From NCBI RefSeq assembly GCF_009914755.1, contig NC_060925.1: DNA of 64,000 nucleotides. The stretch is one strand, 5' to 3'. The DNA is from the human T2T-CHM13v2.0 reference genome, Homo sapiens. The notes under the pieces are model-generated. The model made no database searches. It was not told where the DNA came from and was given only the letters and a program-made list of their open reading frames with translations. This document shows positions 1-15,488 of this stretch, piece after piece (the stretch's first letter is position 1; the number at the start of each line of letters is the position of its first letter). The translations under genes and the position numbers were made by a program.

Positions 1-305
1 GAGGCCATCATCCTTAGCAAACTAACACAGAAATAGAAAACAAATACTGCATGTTCTCACTTATAAGTTGGAGCTAAATAAAGAGAACACATGGACACAA
101 AGAGGGGAACAACAGACCCTGGGGCCTACTTGAAGGTAAAGGGTGGGAGGAAGGAGAGGAACGGAAAAAATAACTATTGCGTACTAGGCTTAGTACCTGG
201 GTGATGACATAATCTGTACAATGAACCCCCACGGCATGAGTTTACCTACATAACAAACCAGCATATGTATTCCTGAACCTAAAATGAAAGTTAGAAATAA
301 AAATA
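1..305 (+). mobile_element. L1 3' end (older primate L1PA/L1PB type), truncated by window edge
   Basis: Opens with a degenerate ORF2 C-terminus (EAIILSKLTQK*...CMFSLISWS*). A typical L1 3'UTR (GGGTGGGAGG...TTTACCTACATAACAAACC...CTGAACCTAAAATGAAAGTT) and an A-rich tail follow. Confidence 0.92.
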
Positions 306-439
306 AGAAGAAAAAGTAAAAAAGAAACTTTCGACAACTTATAAAATAGAAATAATACCACTTCCATCTGTGAAAAAATTCCAGATTGTGGTGAGAAGGA
401 AATCAGATGGTCAATATAAAAGCATTTTGAAACTTTCTA

Positions 440-1200
440 ATGCGGGTTAAAGTCCCAGACTGATTGTGTTTACATCTTCAATTCATCCTCCAAGTACACT
501 AAAATGTCAGTAAAGAAGGACAAAGAACAACCCACAAAGACAACGGAAATAAATATGGACATGAGAGTAAATGAAAAGTTTTTGATGATGGGAAACTAAT
601 GGATGACTAGTTACTCACAAAAAAGAAGGATGAAAACTCAGTTTATTCTGAGGTGGTGAGCAAAAGAAGCAGGTCAATCTGAGCCACTGAAATGTACAAG
701 GGCTAAAAAATCAGAGACACCAGCTAACTTAGAAAGTGGGAATGAGGGGTGGGCTGAAAAAAAGACAAATGGTTAAAGTCGTGTGTAACTTGGATCATTC
801 TCCACCTTATGCAACCAGAGAAATTATATCAAAGACTCTAATGTCAAGGGTGCCTGCCCAATAGTGGATAAAACATTATAGTGATAGTGAAACAAAACAA
901 AACAAAGAATATTGTTAACCATTTCAGAGTGGTAAAAGTGAGTACTGCAACTATGAAGAAAATGCAAATGATAAAAAAGAGTTCCTGCATAATAACAATA
1001 TGCAACTGCCCAAATAACAGAACGTGCATGCTATTTAGAAAAATGGAGATATGTGCAGACAGAAATAGCCACAAGAGTTACAAGAGGTTACTTCTGAGGA
1101 GCCAGAAATAGTAGTGGGAAAGCCTGTATTAATCTTTGACTTTTAAACTATGCATGTATATTACTTTGATAAAAATAAAAATTCAATCTAAAAATAAAAC
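440..1200 (+). mobile_element. Ancient mammalian L1 fragments (L1MC/L1ME/HAL1-like), approximate bounds
   Basis: A-rich and ends in TTTTAAACTATGCATGTATATTACTTTGATAAAAATAAAA, resembling old L1M 3' termini. Subfamily uncertain. Confidence 0.55.
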
Positions 1201-1284
1201 AAAGAAAAAATTAAAATGTAAGTCATTATTATTTGGCAACACAGTGCAACATTGGATCCATTCTCTTATGCACTGCATTGTGGT

Positions 1285-1345
1285 ATATTCAACAAATATT
1301 GTACATTTTCCATGTGCCAGGATTTATTCTAGGCAATAGGGAAAA
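1285..1345 (-). mobile_element. L2 3' end fragment
   Basis: TTCAACAAATATT...ATGTGCCAGG...TTCTAGGCA resembles the reverse complement of the L2 tail. Confidence 0.55.
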
Positions 1346-1719
1346 AGGCAATATCTAATATTCCAGGAGTGTTATGCCACCATTTATTTTCATTTAATTC
1401 TTCTACAGTCGGTTAAATATGACTCTATACGTTTTACAGATGAGAAACATCTCCCTATCCCTACTGGAACACAGCATGTGGGAAAGTTGAGATATAAATA
1501 TGCATCTGCTTTAAAAGTCCCTTTAATGTAACCAGATCCACCTTTCCATGGCTTCTTCTCATCTACAAAATGAAGTCTAAGCCCCTTAGCCCATAACATA
1601 ATATCACAAGGCTCAACCTCAGTATCACAAATATGCAGTATTATGATCACATATTATCAGCGCAAAGCTCAAACTCTCTAGGTTGTGGTGTGCCACTTCC
1701 TGCCCTATATGCCTTAGTT

Positions 1720-2040
1720 CTACTAATACCAAACCATCTTTACTGGAGTATCAGGCCTCAGTGATCCTGCATTCCCATGTTATTCCCTCTCCTTAAAATG
1801 TTCTCACCATCCTTCTTTATTTGGCTTCCTCTTTTCATTCTTTATCATCAAGTCTATCTTTGTGTGATCCCTTCAAAAAAGTTTTCCCAAACTCTGAAAT
1901 CCAGTTATGTTTCTTTCTTCTGTGCATCTGTAACAAGAGTGCCCTCATCTACCTCACTACTTACAAACCAAATGCTTAATATTTTATCTGTAAGACATTG
2001 TAAAATTCATCATTGTATCCCAAGAGCTACTAGGTGTAAG
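1720..2040 (+). mobile_element. L2 fragment
   Basis: Pyrimidine-rich, with L2 3'-region wording (TTATTCCCTCTCC...TTCATCATTGTATCCCAAG). Confidence 0.5.
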
Positions 2041-5000
2041 AATGACAATGTTCCCTAAAATGAATCTAATAGTAGAGAGAGCAAAATTACATGGAAAGCT
2101 ATAATTCTACGTAGACATTGAGAAATACTATGATAAATGAGAGTCTCTCATTCTTTGAGAGTTGGTAGAAAGAAAATATTACAGAGAGTTTGTTGCCTAA
2201 GGAAAATTTTGATTAGGTTCATCTCATGATTAAAGCAGAGGATACAATGCCCAGTAGGAGGACGCTAGAAGGTCTTACACGAGGCCATCAGAAAGCAGAA
2301 GCCTCCTTCTAAGGAAGACTAGCTCTGCTTTACTCATGTGCTGGGTGGAAAGCTGAGTTCCAACACTTGAAGGAACTTGAACATCATGAACAGGACTGGG
2401 TATTTGAAGATATATTTTGAGATGTGCATAGTGGATGGGAATGGTGGAAGTGATGGAAGTGAAACTTGATGAGATTATTGAAAAGATATTTATGAAAGTA
2501 CCATGAAAGAAGCAGCAGAGAACAACAGAGGAGAAAGATTATGGGAGACCTATCAGGTGATAGGCTTTACAAGGTTTAGTGGAAGGCATAAGGGCAGTGA
2601 CAAGGAGATGTCATTATGGATTCAAGGTTTTGAATCTCAGTGTAAGAATATAGCACCATAACAAGAATGTTATGTCTAATGGCCCCAGCCTTACCAGTAA
2701 CTAGAAGGTGAGATTTGGAAGGGTTAGAAGGGTTAGAGGCTTCATGCATAACAGTGAAAAAGATGAAACTTTCCCTACAGTTTATATTCATGATATGAAC
2801 TATTAAAAAATTTCAAATGCACATCTAGATTAGAACCATTTGGCTCTTATTTGGAAACATAAATCATATTGTTTAGCACTGTATACATTGTGGAGGTTGC
2901 AATAATGTTTAATGTCTTGTTTGGCATTTTTTTGTTTTTGTTTTTGCATCCAATGAGCAATGTCCTATAAACAAGTAATTTGTGACATTGTTACTATCCG
3001 GTTCTTTCAATTTACAAAAGGGAATAAGAATGTCAAGATATGCCAGTTAAGGAAATACAATGGTAAATGAAAACCTAATTTTCAAAAAAGGAAATCTCTC
3101 TTTTTTTCAGACTTTACAAATCCAAACCAAGGCCCAATGTAAATATGGGCTTATCTTGAACCTTAAACTTTTAAGTTCAGTATTAAACCCATGTGCTTTT
3201 ACATAACTTGTTTTCTTCTAAGTAACTTTCAGCATAACACAGAAGAATTTCTCAGTCCTCACCATCTCCTGTCCCTAAAGGGTTAGCTCTCTTTGGTCTA
3301 ACTATCATTTGGCATAGCACAGTGGACACAGCATCTTGATGGTACAATACAGCCAGCCTAGAATTCCAGCTTCTTTAATTTTTGTCAACACTCTTTTCAT
3401 AAAAGAGATGATGTAGCTATTGATTTCAAAATGTCTGAATTTGTTTTTTCATTTGCTTTCCCAATTGCTTAGAGTTACTGGCTACTATATTATTTCCTTC
3501 AAACAATTCCACAATGCTTATTTTATTACAGTGCATATAGCAGGGGTTCAATAAATGTTAACTGATTAACTTGGAGCAGACAGCACAGTGTTTGCATACA
3601 TGTAAAACTCCAATTGGATTCAGAAACTCAAATAGAGGGATAGCAAAAACAAAGCAAAATTACCTAATTGAACTTAGTTTAATTAGAGAGTGCCTGCCAC
3701 AAACATTAATTTAGGAAGATATCAACAAGTACAAATGAAATATAATTTATAAAACTCTATTTCGAAGAGGAGAAATACCTGAAGGGCTAAACATGCAAAA
3801 AGAAGAAAATGGTGAGTTTCCTTTTATCAGTACACATGGAAAGATAAGTGCATTCTACTTCACATATGTGGAATTCTCTGACAATATCTTTCTCGGGTGT
3901 TGATGTAATCATTGTAGTTCTTATGAATCCTATACATAAAACAAAACTGCTGCACATGCTACCTGGATTTAATACATTTAAAATAATAAATGTTCTTTTT
4001 AAACTATATTTAATAGTTTAGTCATACAGAAAACAACATGGGTCATAAATATTTGTCAGTCATTTAGAGCACTTTGCAGTTGAAATTATTTTGCCTGTTT
4101 GTTGTGGGTGATATTTGTAAAAACTAAGAAAAATGCTGATTCAAAGTTAACCTCCAAATTATTGAAACTATTTACTATTATGAAACTTAATAAATAAGTC
4201 AAATATAGCATTTTAACTTCAATACATTGATGAAGCTATAAGTACTTCTACACAGGGTTATCTGGAAAATGAAATAATGGAAAGCGCTTATTTCTTTTCC
4301 TGAGAGAAAAATCAGATTAAATAGCTTTTTATCTAGGGGCAAACTCAAATAAAATAGAATTTTTTTTCTGACAGAATTTACTCCTATGGACCACATAATG
4401 GAAGGAGATACTTCCTGCATTTGTAGAGCAAAGCATAATTCACTATCATCCAAAAATTTTTGCATACTCCACAGGGGCTTGAACTTCAGTAAGTTTTACT
4501 TTGAGCAGATACAATCAAATTAAATGCACTTCAGCCCTTTTCAACTGCTAAGTCTTCATAAGTTCAGACTGCTTTGTGAACAACTAAACTCTCAGAAATG
4601 AAAGATGTATAAAGAACAAATGTCTGTGAGTCTCACAAATAGAGATTGGACAAAGGGATGCATACATGGACAACTGTGCATCTGTATTCAACAATATGTG
4701 GCAATTGATCAAAATAGCAAGTAAATACACAGGATCATACTCCATTTTATTTGTAATTGATTAACTTATTTTTTCTATTCATAACTTGAAAAACTACTCA
4801 ACATATTTTTTACTAAAAATAATAATCTATTCTTCAAATAATTGTGATTTAAAGCATTCATGAAATTGTTCTACCAGTCATAGAATCAGAATGCTAAAGG
4901 AGTCTCAAAACTTTCATTAATCAAACTATGAAATTAATAAAATGTGTCTCTGAAAGATGTTATGCCATTCCATTTTACCATGTAAAGCTAGCCCCCAGTA

Positions 5001-5209
5001 AAAGGAGTTCAAGTTTGTCATTTCAGTTATCTCTATGCTATCCTTTGATTCATTATTTTTCTCCCTCATTCCCATTTTCTCTTTACTGCCTCCTGCCCAC
5101 CCATAGCCTTATAATCCTAACTTTTGGCTACACAATTTAGTCATCACCTATTGTGTACAATTACTTCAGGTCCTACTGCTCAACAGAATATTTATTCTGT
5201 TAAAATAAC

Positions 5210-5350
5210 TTTTTTTTAATTAAAAAAATGATTTGTAGATACAGGGTCTCACCATGTTGCCTAGACTGGTCTCGAACTCCTGGTATCAAGTGATCTCACC
5301 TCGGCCCCCCAAAGTGCTGGGATTACAGGTATGAACCACTGTGCCCGGCC
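5210..5350 (-). mobile_element. FLAM-type Alu left monomer
   Basis: Single monomer GTAGATACAGGGTCTCACCATGTTGCC...TGTGCCCGGCC, flanked by a degenerate TSD TT(A/G)AAATAACTTTT. Confidence 0.9.
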
Positions 5351-5479
5351 TTGAAATAACTTTTAATGTCCATTTTTCCACTTGTAAAACTAACACATGT
5401 CTAGTATGAAAAACTTAAAAATTATAGAGAAAAACAATAAAATTAAAATTTGTATGTTATGCTGACTCTGGGATTAGGC

Positions 5480-5670
5480 TACATGTTTTCAAATTTTGGG
5501 GCCTTTGGCAAATAATTTAATCTCACTCTCATTGAATCATGTGTAAAGTAAACCTAACAATAAGTCTTATCTCATATAGTTGTAGTGAGAAATAATTTTT
5601 AAAATTTGTGTAAAATGAATATAAGAATACTTGGCATAAAGTAAGACTACAGTAAATATCTTAATATTAT
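5480..5670 (+). mobile_element. MIR
   Basis: TTGGCAAATAATTTAATCTC...TCTCATATAGTTGTAGTGAG...CTTGGCATAAAGTAAG follows MIR consensus order. Confidence 0.65.
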
Positions 5671-5799
5671 TTTTCAGAGAAATTATTGATCCATTAATGC
5701 CAATACAAATATTTCCAGTCACAAGGCCAGAATTCTAGGTCTGTCTTTACTTATTTTTAGCTGTATAAACTTAAGCATGATTTTACTAATAAGAATAAT

Positions 5800-6055
5800 G
5801 ATATAAAATAATAACTAATGCTTATAATGAACCGAGCATAATTTTAAGCCTTTTACATATATTATAAATAAATAAATTCTCCTAACAACCATAGGAAATA
5901 AATGCTATTATTATCCCTATTTTTCAGATGAGGAACTTGAGGCAAAAAGAAGTTAATCATCCACGATTACCCAGCTTGTAAATGGTAAAGCCAGATTTTG
6001 AACCCAGGCAATTTGTCTCCAGGATATGGGATCTTATCCTCTACATCACACTACA
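5800..6055 (-). mobile_element. MIR
   Basis: MIR core ATTATCCCTATTTTTCAGATGAGGAACTTGAGGC and GATTTTGAACCCAGGC. Confidence 0.85.
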
Positions 6056-6309
6056 TTAATCTCTGTGAGCTTTGAATTCCCATTCTATATTTCAAGAATT
6101 AATAATCTCTTCTTCACAGGCAAAATCATAATCATAAATAAAAAGCAGCCGGAAGTATAGCAATGTGTGAAGTGTCTCATATGTTAAAATTTGAAATAAT
6201 GTAAAAATATGAAGATACGCTGGCTATTTCTTGAATTCGCTCCCTTCTCTGTATCTTTTAAGTCAGGAAAACATTTCCCTGTAACTCTGTATAATAAAAT
6301 ATGTTCAAA

Positions 6310-6475
6310 TCACTGTGGTAAGCACTTTATGTGTAATAGTTCATTTAATCTTCATAGGGTTGTGATATGAGAAAACTGGGGTGTATAAAGGTTAAGCAAC
6401 TTGCCCAAGATTGTACCACCGATAAATCCCTCAATTGGGATTTGAATGTGGGAAGCCTCATACTGGGGTCTACAT
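6310..6475 (-). mobile_element. MIR
   Basis: TCATTTAATCTTCA...ATGAGAAAACTG...GGTTAAGCAACTTGCCCAAG...GGGATTTGAA. Confidence 0.75.
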
Positions 6476-9221
6476 AATTGTATGTTATATTTTATACAGT
6501 TTCTAGGGGAAAGAGGAAGGATATATTTATGTCCTAGGTTTTCTATGTAATGACTTTGAAAATGTATGGACAAATCTATTAAATTATATATGTACACAAT
6601 TTTATGATTTCTAGAAATGGTAACCATAGAGTAATGCACAGATAAGAAGTAAAAGTACTTTATCTCTTTGAATCCGTTAAGAATATCATTTATTTTCCAT
6701 CAGTGGCTTCCCTTCCCGACATCTAGAAAATTAGGATATTTAATAGGCTTGTTTATTCATTCTCTAATTGGTAGACAAATTTTGCTTCACCATACTTGGA
6801 AGCACATTTTAGTTGATGAAATAATTTTCTTCAACCACCAGGGTTTCTCATATTTGAGAAGAGGATAACTTTGCTCATGAGAAGGAAACTGGAAAGGAGA
6901 GCACTTGAAATACATTTAACTGAGAACATATTTAAGAAAATACCGTTAAAGGAAAAGGAAGGAATATCTTGAGTATACATGAAGTGGAAAATACTCATAT
7001 GTATTTATTTGTTTCCCAATCTCATCTGGAAAGACATAGCTAATTAAATTTGGTTTCAGTGTGTGAAAATTCTATATGTGGTAGAGTAATTGTTTTTATC
7101 ATTTTATAAAATATAGCTCAGCTACAAAAACATTTAATCCTCTAAATCCAGGATATTTATCACTAGCTTAAAATTGGGCACCAGGCCTTTACCACAGCTG
7201 GTCATTAATCTACCAGATATGTTCCACACAATAGTGCATTATGAGACTTTAAAAGAAACATTTGTCTTGGCTGAGTGAATGTTTAAGTTTTCGTTTCTAC
7301 TTCTTTGAACTCTGCAACTCAGTAACACTGAGACGTCCTTCTGGCATGTCTGGTCTGGTCCTACAGACTGATCTTCATCCTCCGCTTCTTCCCAACCCCT
7401 TCTACAACTATTCTGCTATCCCACTCAGTCCTGCTCCCATCTTTCCCCTTCTCCTCTCTCCCTTTTTCTGCCTTCCTCCAAGAATACATACCATGAAGGG
7501 ATTCCAAATCTCAGAACATGCAGAGGGTCCCCATGATGTTGGTTAATAGAATCAAAGTAGTGTAGAAATCAGGTTGGTGTTTCAAAATAACTTTCAAGCA
7601 TCTGGTCTCTCTGGGCCACCCATAATAAGGTAGACCTTTCCCTGATATCCTGACCAGCCACAGGTGGCTTCACCGGACTGTGTCAGATTTGCAGATTCTC
7701 AGAGTCCATTCTCATGAGTGTATTTGCTGCTTTCTAGCAATTCTCCTGTCAGAGATTTCTCACAGTTCTTCTGTCCCTTTTCCCCAGTACAAAAGTCTTA
7801 AGGCAAAAAGGAAATGACAATTTTGCAGCAGGGAACTGTAGAACCTACAGGTCAGTATAATAATCTACAAAAGTGAAAAATTGCAATATCTGCCTTGATA
7901 TTGGTATTTTGAGGCAGAAACAGTTAACTCAAAAATTTGGTACTCTAAAAGCAGAATTTTGAGTGTTTTCTGAGCAAGAGATTTCCAGGGAGAAACTTTT
8001 TTTTTCTGTCTGTGGAATCACACTGCTTAGGAAGTACCTAACCCGTCTACTTTTTCAACAGTATACCTTTATTAGCCACACTAGAATTCCTAAAGAGTTA
8101 ACGTCCAATTCCCTCCCAGAATTGCTTAATCCTGTATGTTCTATAACCTTCACTTACTGAATCCAGATAAAAGTAACAAGATGTAGGAATAGCAAGTAGT
8201 GAAAGAAGTACTCGAGGGTTTCAATCAAGGCCTGGTGCCAGCTTCACATCTGACACACAAAAAAGAGATAAAGAGACAGGCGGGAGATAGAGAGAAGCAA
8301 CAGCTACCAGGGAGAAATACAAACCACTCACGTGGTACTGATCTGTGGAAGGGGTAGGTGAAGGGGGAGACAGTGCAGATATAAGACTAAATAACGCCGA
8401 CCAAATAGTACACTGCTGAGCAAACAAAGAAAGGGGCAGAAACAGAATGCAGGGCATTGACCCTCTCACTCACTACTGCTGGAACATGAAGGCGCCTAGT
8501 GGTCTTCAATGATCCAATTTATTTGATTGCATGGGGTTAGAGCATATTGGAGAAGATATCACAGAAGCGCATTCCCCACAGCATTTCAGCTACCATTCAG
8601 CAGTAGGAAATAAACACCCCCATTTGTGCCACAAAGGGGAAAATTACATTCATTTCTGGCCAGGGGAAAATCTCTGGAATAATATGATGAATTGAAGAAA
8701 TCAAAGGATTTTTTTATAAAATCTGCTTTATCAAAGCCATTTATTTTCTGAGTCTCTTTTTAGTTCCTTTTCTACACAATTAACTCTGAAAGGATGTGTG
8801 TAAACCAATCAGCTTTGACATACGGAATTTGAAAGAGGAGCCCTTCATTCAAAAAGGATGCTTTGGGGACTGTTTAAAAAAAATCTTAAGAAATTATTTT
8901 CCATTTCTAAGTCTCTAATGAAGAAAGAGTCTGTTTCTTGTTCCCTAAGACCCCTCACAGGCCATAGATGAAGAGCACGTACAGACAGGTCCCCTGGCTC
9001 TTGTGGCCACTGTGCCTATTAACAGCAAGAAGAGGTCACAATTCTGTTGACACTGCCTGCCAGTGAGGCCATGCATCAGTTGTCTTTTTGGTCACTAAAG
9101 TACCCTAAGGAAGATCAGTCCTCCCCTCCAATCATGCCAAGAACAGAGGCCAGAGACATCCATGTAAAAGGGAGGAAGAAAAAAGAAGGTATCATGGGGA
9201 TGCTATGAAGAGTAAAGGAGG

Positions 9222-9495
<274 letters not shown>

Positions 9496-9849
9496 GAGTA
9501 AAGGAGAGAAATAAGACAGAAAATAGAAACATAAATTTTTCAGGTGAGGAAAACATAAAAAAGGAAGGAGGGAAAAAAACTGAAGATGCTAAATCTAAAG
9601 GGGCACAAGGTACTCAGTTAAATACATGTGTAGGTTTTACAGTGGGACACACAGAAAACATGTCTATTATAAAGAACCACATGACTAGAGAAATCACAGA
9701 GAACAAACACCTGCCACAGTGACATATGGTTTAATAAAACATAAAATAGCTATGGCCACGCAGCTAAACATCCATTATTTGGAATGCAAGGAAAAACCAC
9801 ATATCCATGCCATGATGTCAAGGCAATGAGCTCTATCATATTGGATGTT

Positions 9850-9874
9850 AAAAAAAAAAAAAAAAAAAAAAAAA
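9850..9874 (+). repeat. poly(A)25 tract
   Basis: Direct count; no attached SINE/LINE body visible. Confidence 0.95.
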
Positions 9875-10879
9875 GGCTTTCTATGTTCTGAAGTAGACTT
9901 AGGGAGATACACAAAACTAGCAAATCAAAAGAATGTTATTACAAAGTTGTTTCACCTCAAGCATACAAAATTATTTTTATGTTTTTTTCCACTGAGACTA
10001 CCAAGTGAAAGCAAGAGCAAAAACTAAATGCCTCCGGGTTGGTGCTAAAAGAGAAGGGAAAGTGGAATGAAAAGAGGTGAAATGCTGAAGACCTGTTTTG
10101 CCATCTAAACAAATTTGCCTAAGCTGATCCTGCAGGAGTGTACACAGAGGTGATATGACTCCCAAAGTACATGTAAACCTAAACACTTGTTTACCAGCCT
10201 TCCACTCCCACAGATGCTCAGTGAGAACAAAATAAATTAGATCAACATTTTAAAAATGCATCCAGTAGCTATTTGCCCAGGGAAAGAAGACAAGTGGCTA
10301 TTTCAAAAGCTGATGTACCAGGTCAGAATACTCAATATATGATAAAAATTAATGAGCCAGTAAGTGATCCAGCTGCAGATCTGATCAATCCAGCAACTGC
10401 ATTTTGTGTTGCCTAAGTAGAACAAATGAGTAATGGCATTTTATGGCTAGAGCTTACATAACTGCAAATGTCATTAATAATTTTAATCCATCTTTAAAAA
10501 TGACCCAAGTCCATTAAAAAAAAATCCTTCCAGCATGCTTATTCTGTAACTTTTGGGAAAATAAAGCATATGTGTGACCATAAATTGCACCAGTAAGTAC
10601 ATTACTGATACCACAACTAATTATTTCTATTAAATTGGTCAGTATATTTCTAACCTCTTAAAAAAACTTCTTTTTTAAATAAAATATGAAACAGAATAAA
10701 TAAGACATCAGAGTCATTTTCTATCACAGCTTTCACATTTGTGACTCTCTCAGTCAAAACTCCTTGCCTAGATTTTCTCATTTATATACCATTGCAGTTA
10801 ATGTTTTTTTAATCACTCATCATATGTAAATCCCAAAGTAATTCTAATTATCCTGGCTGTTTTCTCTAAATCTTTTTGA

Positions 10880-11450
10880 TCTCTGATACACATCTTAAAA
10901 TGATATAATCAAACTTGGACCATGTACAACAAGGATGCATTATCTGATATGAAGTCATTAAGCTATTTTATGATTAAAGGTTTACTTTTCTTTCTGTATA
11001 AAATACTTTTATTATCAACTATGAAAATGCAGCTGAAATTTGTCTTCTCTGTGTATCATACTGCTTTTCTCATGGAATCCAAATGTGCAATAATTTGATC
11101 TACAAAGAGCATGTCAGCTTTCCAAAAGTTGTTGATCTTATGTAGAGAAGTTGAATTTCATCTGTCACAGCTACCTGACTCCCCAGAACGCTTCAAGTTT
11201 GCTGAAGCGCCTCAACAATTATGAATTCTTCAATAACATTATTATTTAATATTGGTAAGCAAAAATACTGCTCTTTTCTATTGTACTATATACATTATTT
11301 TTATTCAAAGACTTTTGTAAGTTTTCATTGAAAGTGACATATTTTGGTACCCTTTCCAAGATCCAAGATCACATCCTCTCTTCCCATTCAGCTTTAAGAG
11401 GAATCTTAATATCTGATGTTGATATAACTTATGATAGTCTGGAAAATTTG
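10880..11450 (-). mobile_element. Probable ancient RTE-clade LINE reverse-transcriptase relic
   Basis: Minus frame 11157-10981 reads NSTSLHKINNFWKADMLFVDQIIAHLDSMRKAV*YTEKTNFSCIFIVDNKSILY, resembling the non-LTR RT block MLFVDFxKAFDSVxRxALW...IxxLY. Confidence 0.5.
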
Positions 11451-11689
11451 TTGGTTATAGCTATGAAATGCATGCCAAGTAATATATTTTTATATTTGAT
11501 TTACATAAGTTTGGATAATAGTGTGGTTTCCATCATTTACTCCTGGTAAAATGATGATAATTGAGGGAAGTTATAAAACATCTGTTTCTTAGAATAGTCC
11601 TAGTCTACCAAAGCGACAGATTACATTAGTAATTCTAAAAAATATATTACACAAAGTCTCTCTGGATACATCTCTAATACTTCCTAATT

Positions 11690-13021
<1,332 letters not shown>

Positions 13022-13337
13022 TGAGTTTACTATTAAATATATAACATCATAGTCTACTACCAATATAGATGATTTAAGTGACATTTTTGAAGAACAGCTT
13101 TAATATTATGAGTATTATTTAAAAATTGTGTATTTCATATACATCATATTCATTTTTAGCATATAAATTAAATTACAATAATATTTCAGGGATAATTAAA
13201 AATAAGTATAAAAATTAAAGAAGAATTTATATACACATTGCTACAAGATTACAAATATTGCAGCACTAAAAATGTCAAATATTTGAAGGACTCAGTACTG
13301 TATGGTATTCTTATAATGTTCATAATTACATATCTAG

Positions 13338-13652
13338 AATGGCACTACCCAGTTGAAATAGAATGTAAGCCACACATGTAGTTTGAAAATTTCTAGTGAC
13401 CAACTTAAAAAATAGTAAAAAGATAAGGTGAAATAAATATTAGTCATGTAATTTATCTATCTCAATATATCCAAGCTACTATTTAAACATGTAATCAATA
13501 TAAAGTTATTGAGGTATTATGGAACCCTTTTTATATGCAGTCTTTGAAATCTGGCGTGAATTTTATAGTTATAGTACAGTTCAATTCAGAACAGCTACAC
13601 TAAAAGTGTTCAGTAGCCACACACAGCTAGTACCTTCTGTACTGGGAAGTTC
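13338..13652. mobile_element. MER33 (hAT-Charlie non-autonomous DNA transposon)
   Basis: Colinear with recalled MER33: GAAATAGAATGTAAGCCACACATGTA...AACATGTAATCAATATAAA...GTCTTTGAAATCTGGCGTG...TCAGTAGCCACACACAGCTAGT. Confidence 0.85.
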
Positions 13653-14539
13653 ACAAAGATGGGTGGCTCAAATCCATTCAATAATAAATCAGTTAAACAG
13701 CAGCTCTGAATGAAATCTGAGTTGCAGCTAGAAAACTGAGTTTTTAAAATCTGTTTGCGTGTTTGTTTTTTGAATACCAAAAACAATGACCAAAGTAAAG
13801 TTTAAATTACTTTTAAAGAATTAACCTTGATAGACGTCTCCAATATAAAATAAGGATGACTAAGGAAATATGGGTTTTCCCTGTCCTATTATCATGCTAC
13901 ATAGTAAATGAGTATATGTACTCATTGCGGATTTCCAAACAAACGAAAAGAGAGCCATCATCTGCTTTCAGAGGTTTCCTGAGGCAGTTTTAAAATATAG
14001 TACATAGTATATTCTATGAGGCAAATTGCTCAGCAGGTTGCTTCATGGCCAAATTTGGAGTGGATAACTTTGACAATTCATATTCTTCTCAATTGAAGAT
14101 TAATACTTTCCACACCCTAGTCAGGGAGCTAAGTCAAGTTATAAAATTTCAGAATAGTATATATTCCCTTAATAGCTTTCTTTGAATATCTAAAAGAACT
14201 TTGAAGGTAGCAAAGTAATTTTTAAGCAAGTGAACATGATGTAATGGACAAAGAACAGAGAGGAGACTTAAGAGCGCCAACTTTTAGCTGGAGTTAGCCA
14301 CCGACTGGCAGTGTAGGTAAGCCATTTACACTCTCCATGTCTCTCTCTATGCATAACTAAACTTGAGAAAATAATACCTCATCTATTTAGTTGACAAAAT
14401 TTACTCGTTAAAATAATGGAAACTCTAAGGCTCAAATCTCTGAAAAGGGAAACATTATGTAAAACTGAATTGTTTTATTAAAATTATTATATTATCTCTT
14501 CCTGTAAGAAAATAAAAGTTGGAGAATAGCTGAGAAATA

Positions 14540-14780
14540 ATAATAGTGACAATGATAATAGCTATCCAGGAGATGCTCAGGGCGTGCCACAAAATGTGTT
14601 AAACATATTATCTTAGTTTTCTATGTAGTCACATTATAAAGCAGGAATTATTGTATCTATTGTATAGATGAATAAATTAAACTAAGAAAGAATAAAGAAT
14701 TCCCTCCAAGTCATGCAGTTATCAAGTGGTAGATCTGAAATTTTAACTAACTCCAATGTGATCATCTTAACCACAGTTTC
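14540..14780 (-). mobile_element. MIR
   Basis: ATTATTGTATCTATTGTATAGATGAATAAATT...CAAGTCATGCAGTTATCAAGTGGTAGA...TCTTAACCAC. Confidence 0.7.
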
Positions 14781-15172
14781 TACTTGAGAGAGTAACCCTG
14801 GAGATACTCTCCAAATTCTACCATTTCTTAGCTCTTTTTTATTTAGGCATGTCCAACCAGGGCCCCAGGAATAACTGTTATAATTTCTCCACTCTTCTTA
14901 CCACCTACAATGTTAATAAGTCTATAAGTAGTACAGAGCCTGCCTTCTTATCCCCAAGACCTAATAGAACATCCAGCACAACTCTGTTGTTTAAGGAATG
15001 TATGAAAAAAATGAATTCATGAGGCCTGCCTTTTAGATTACTTCCCAAATGTCAATTACTTCCCAAATGGCAGCCTTCTGATTTGCTATTGTGGAAATGC
15101 AACCATGTCTTTTAGAATTATGAGCCTAAAGGTGATAAGACATTAAATATGAGGTATAAAACTCATCACAAC

Positions 15173-15488
<316 letters not shown>

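Noticed and set aside
3760-3820. Plus-strand donor ATG|GTGAGT with a short open frame (FRRGEIPEGLNMQKEEN)
   Set aside because: No good upstream acceptor, an in-frame stop close upstream, and no recognisable protein.
8488-8505. CTCF-like CCACTAGGCGCC (minus)
   Set aside because: Fails the 3' GGC part of the core.
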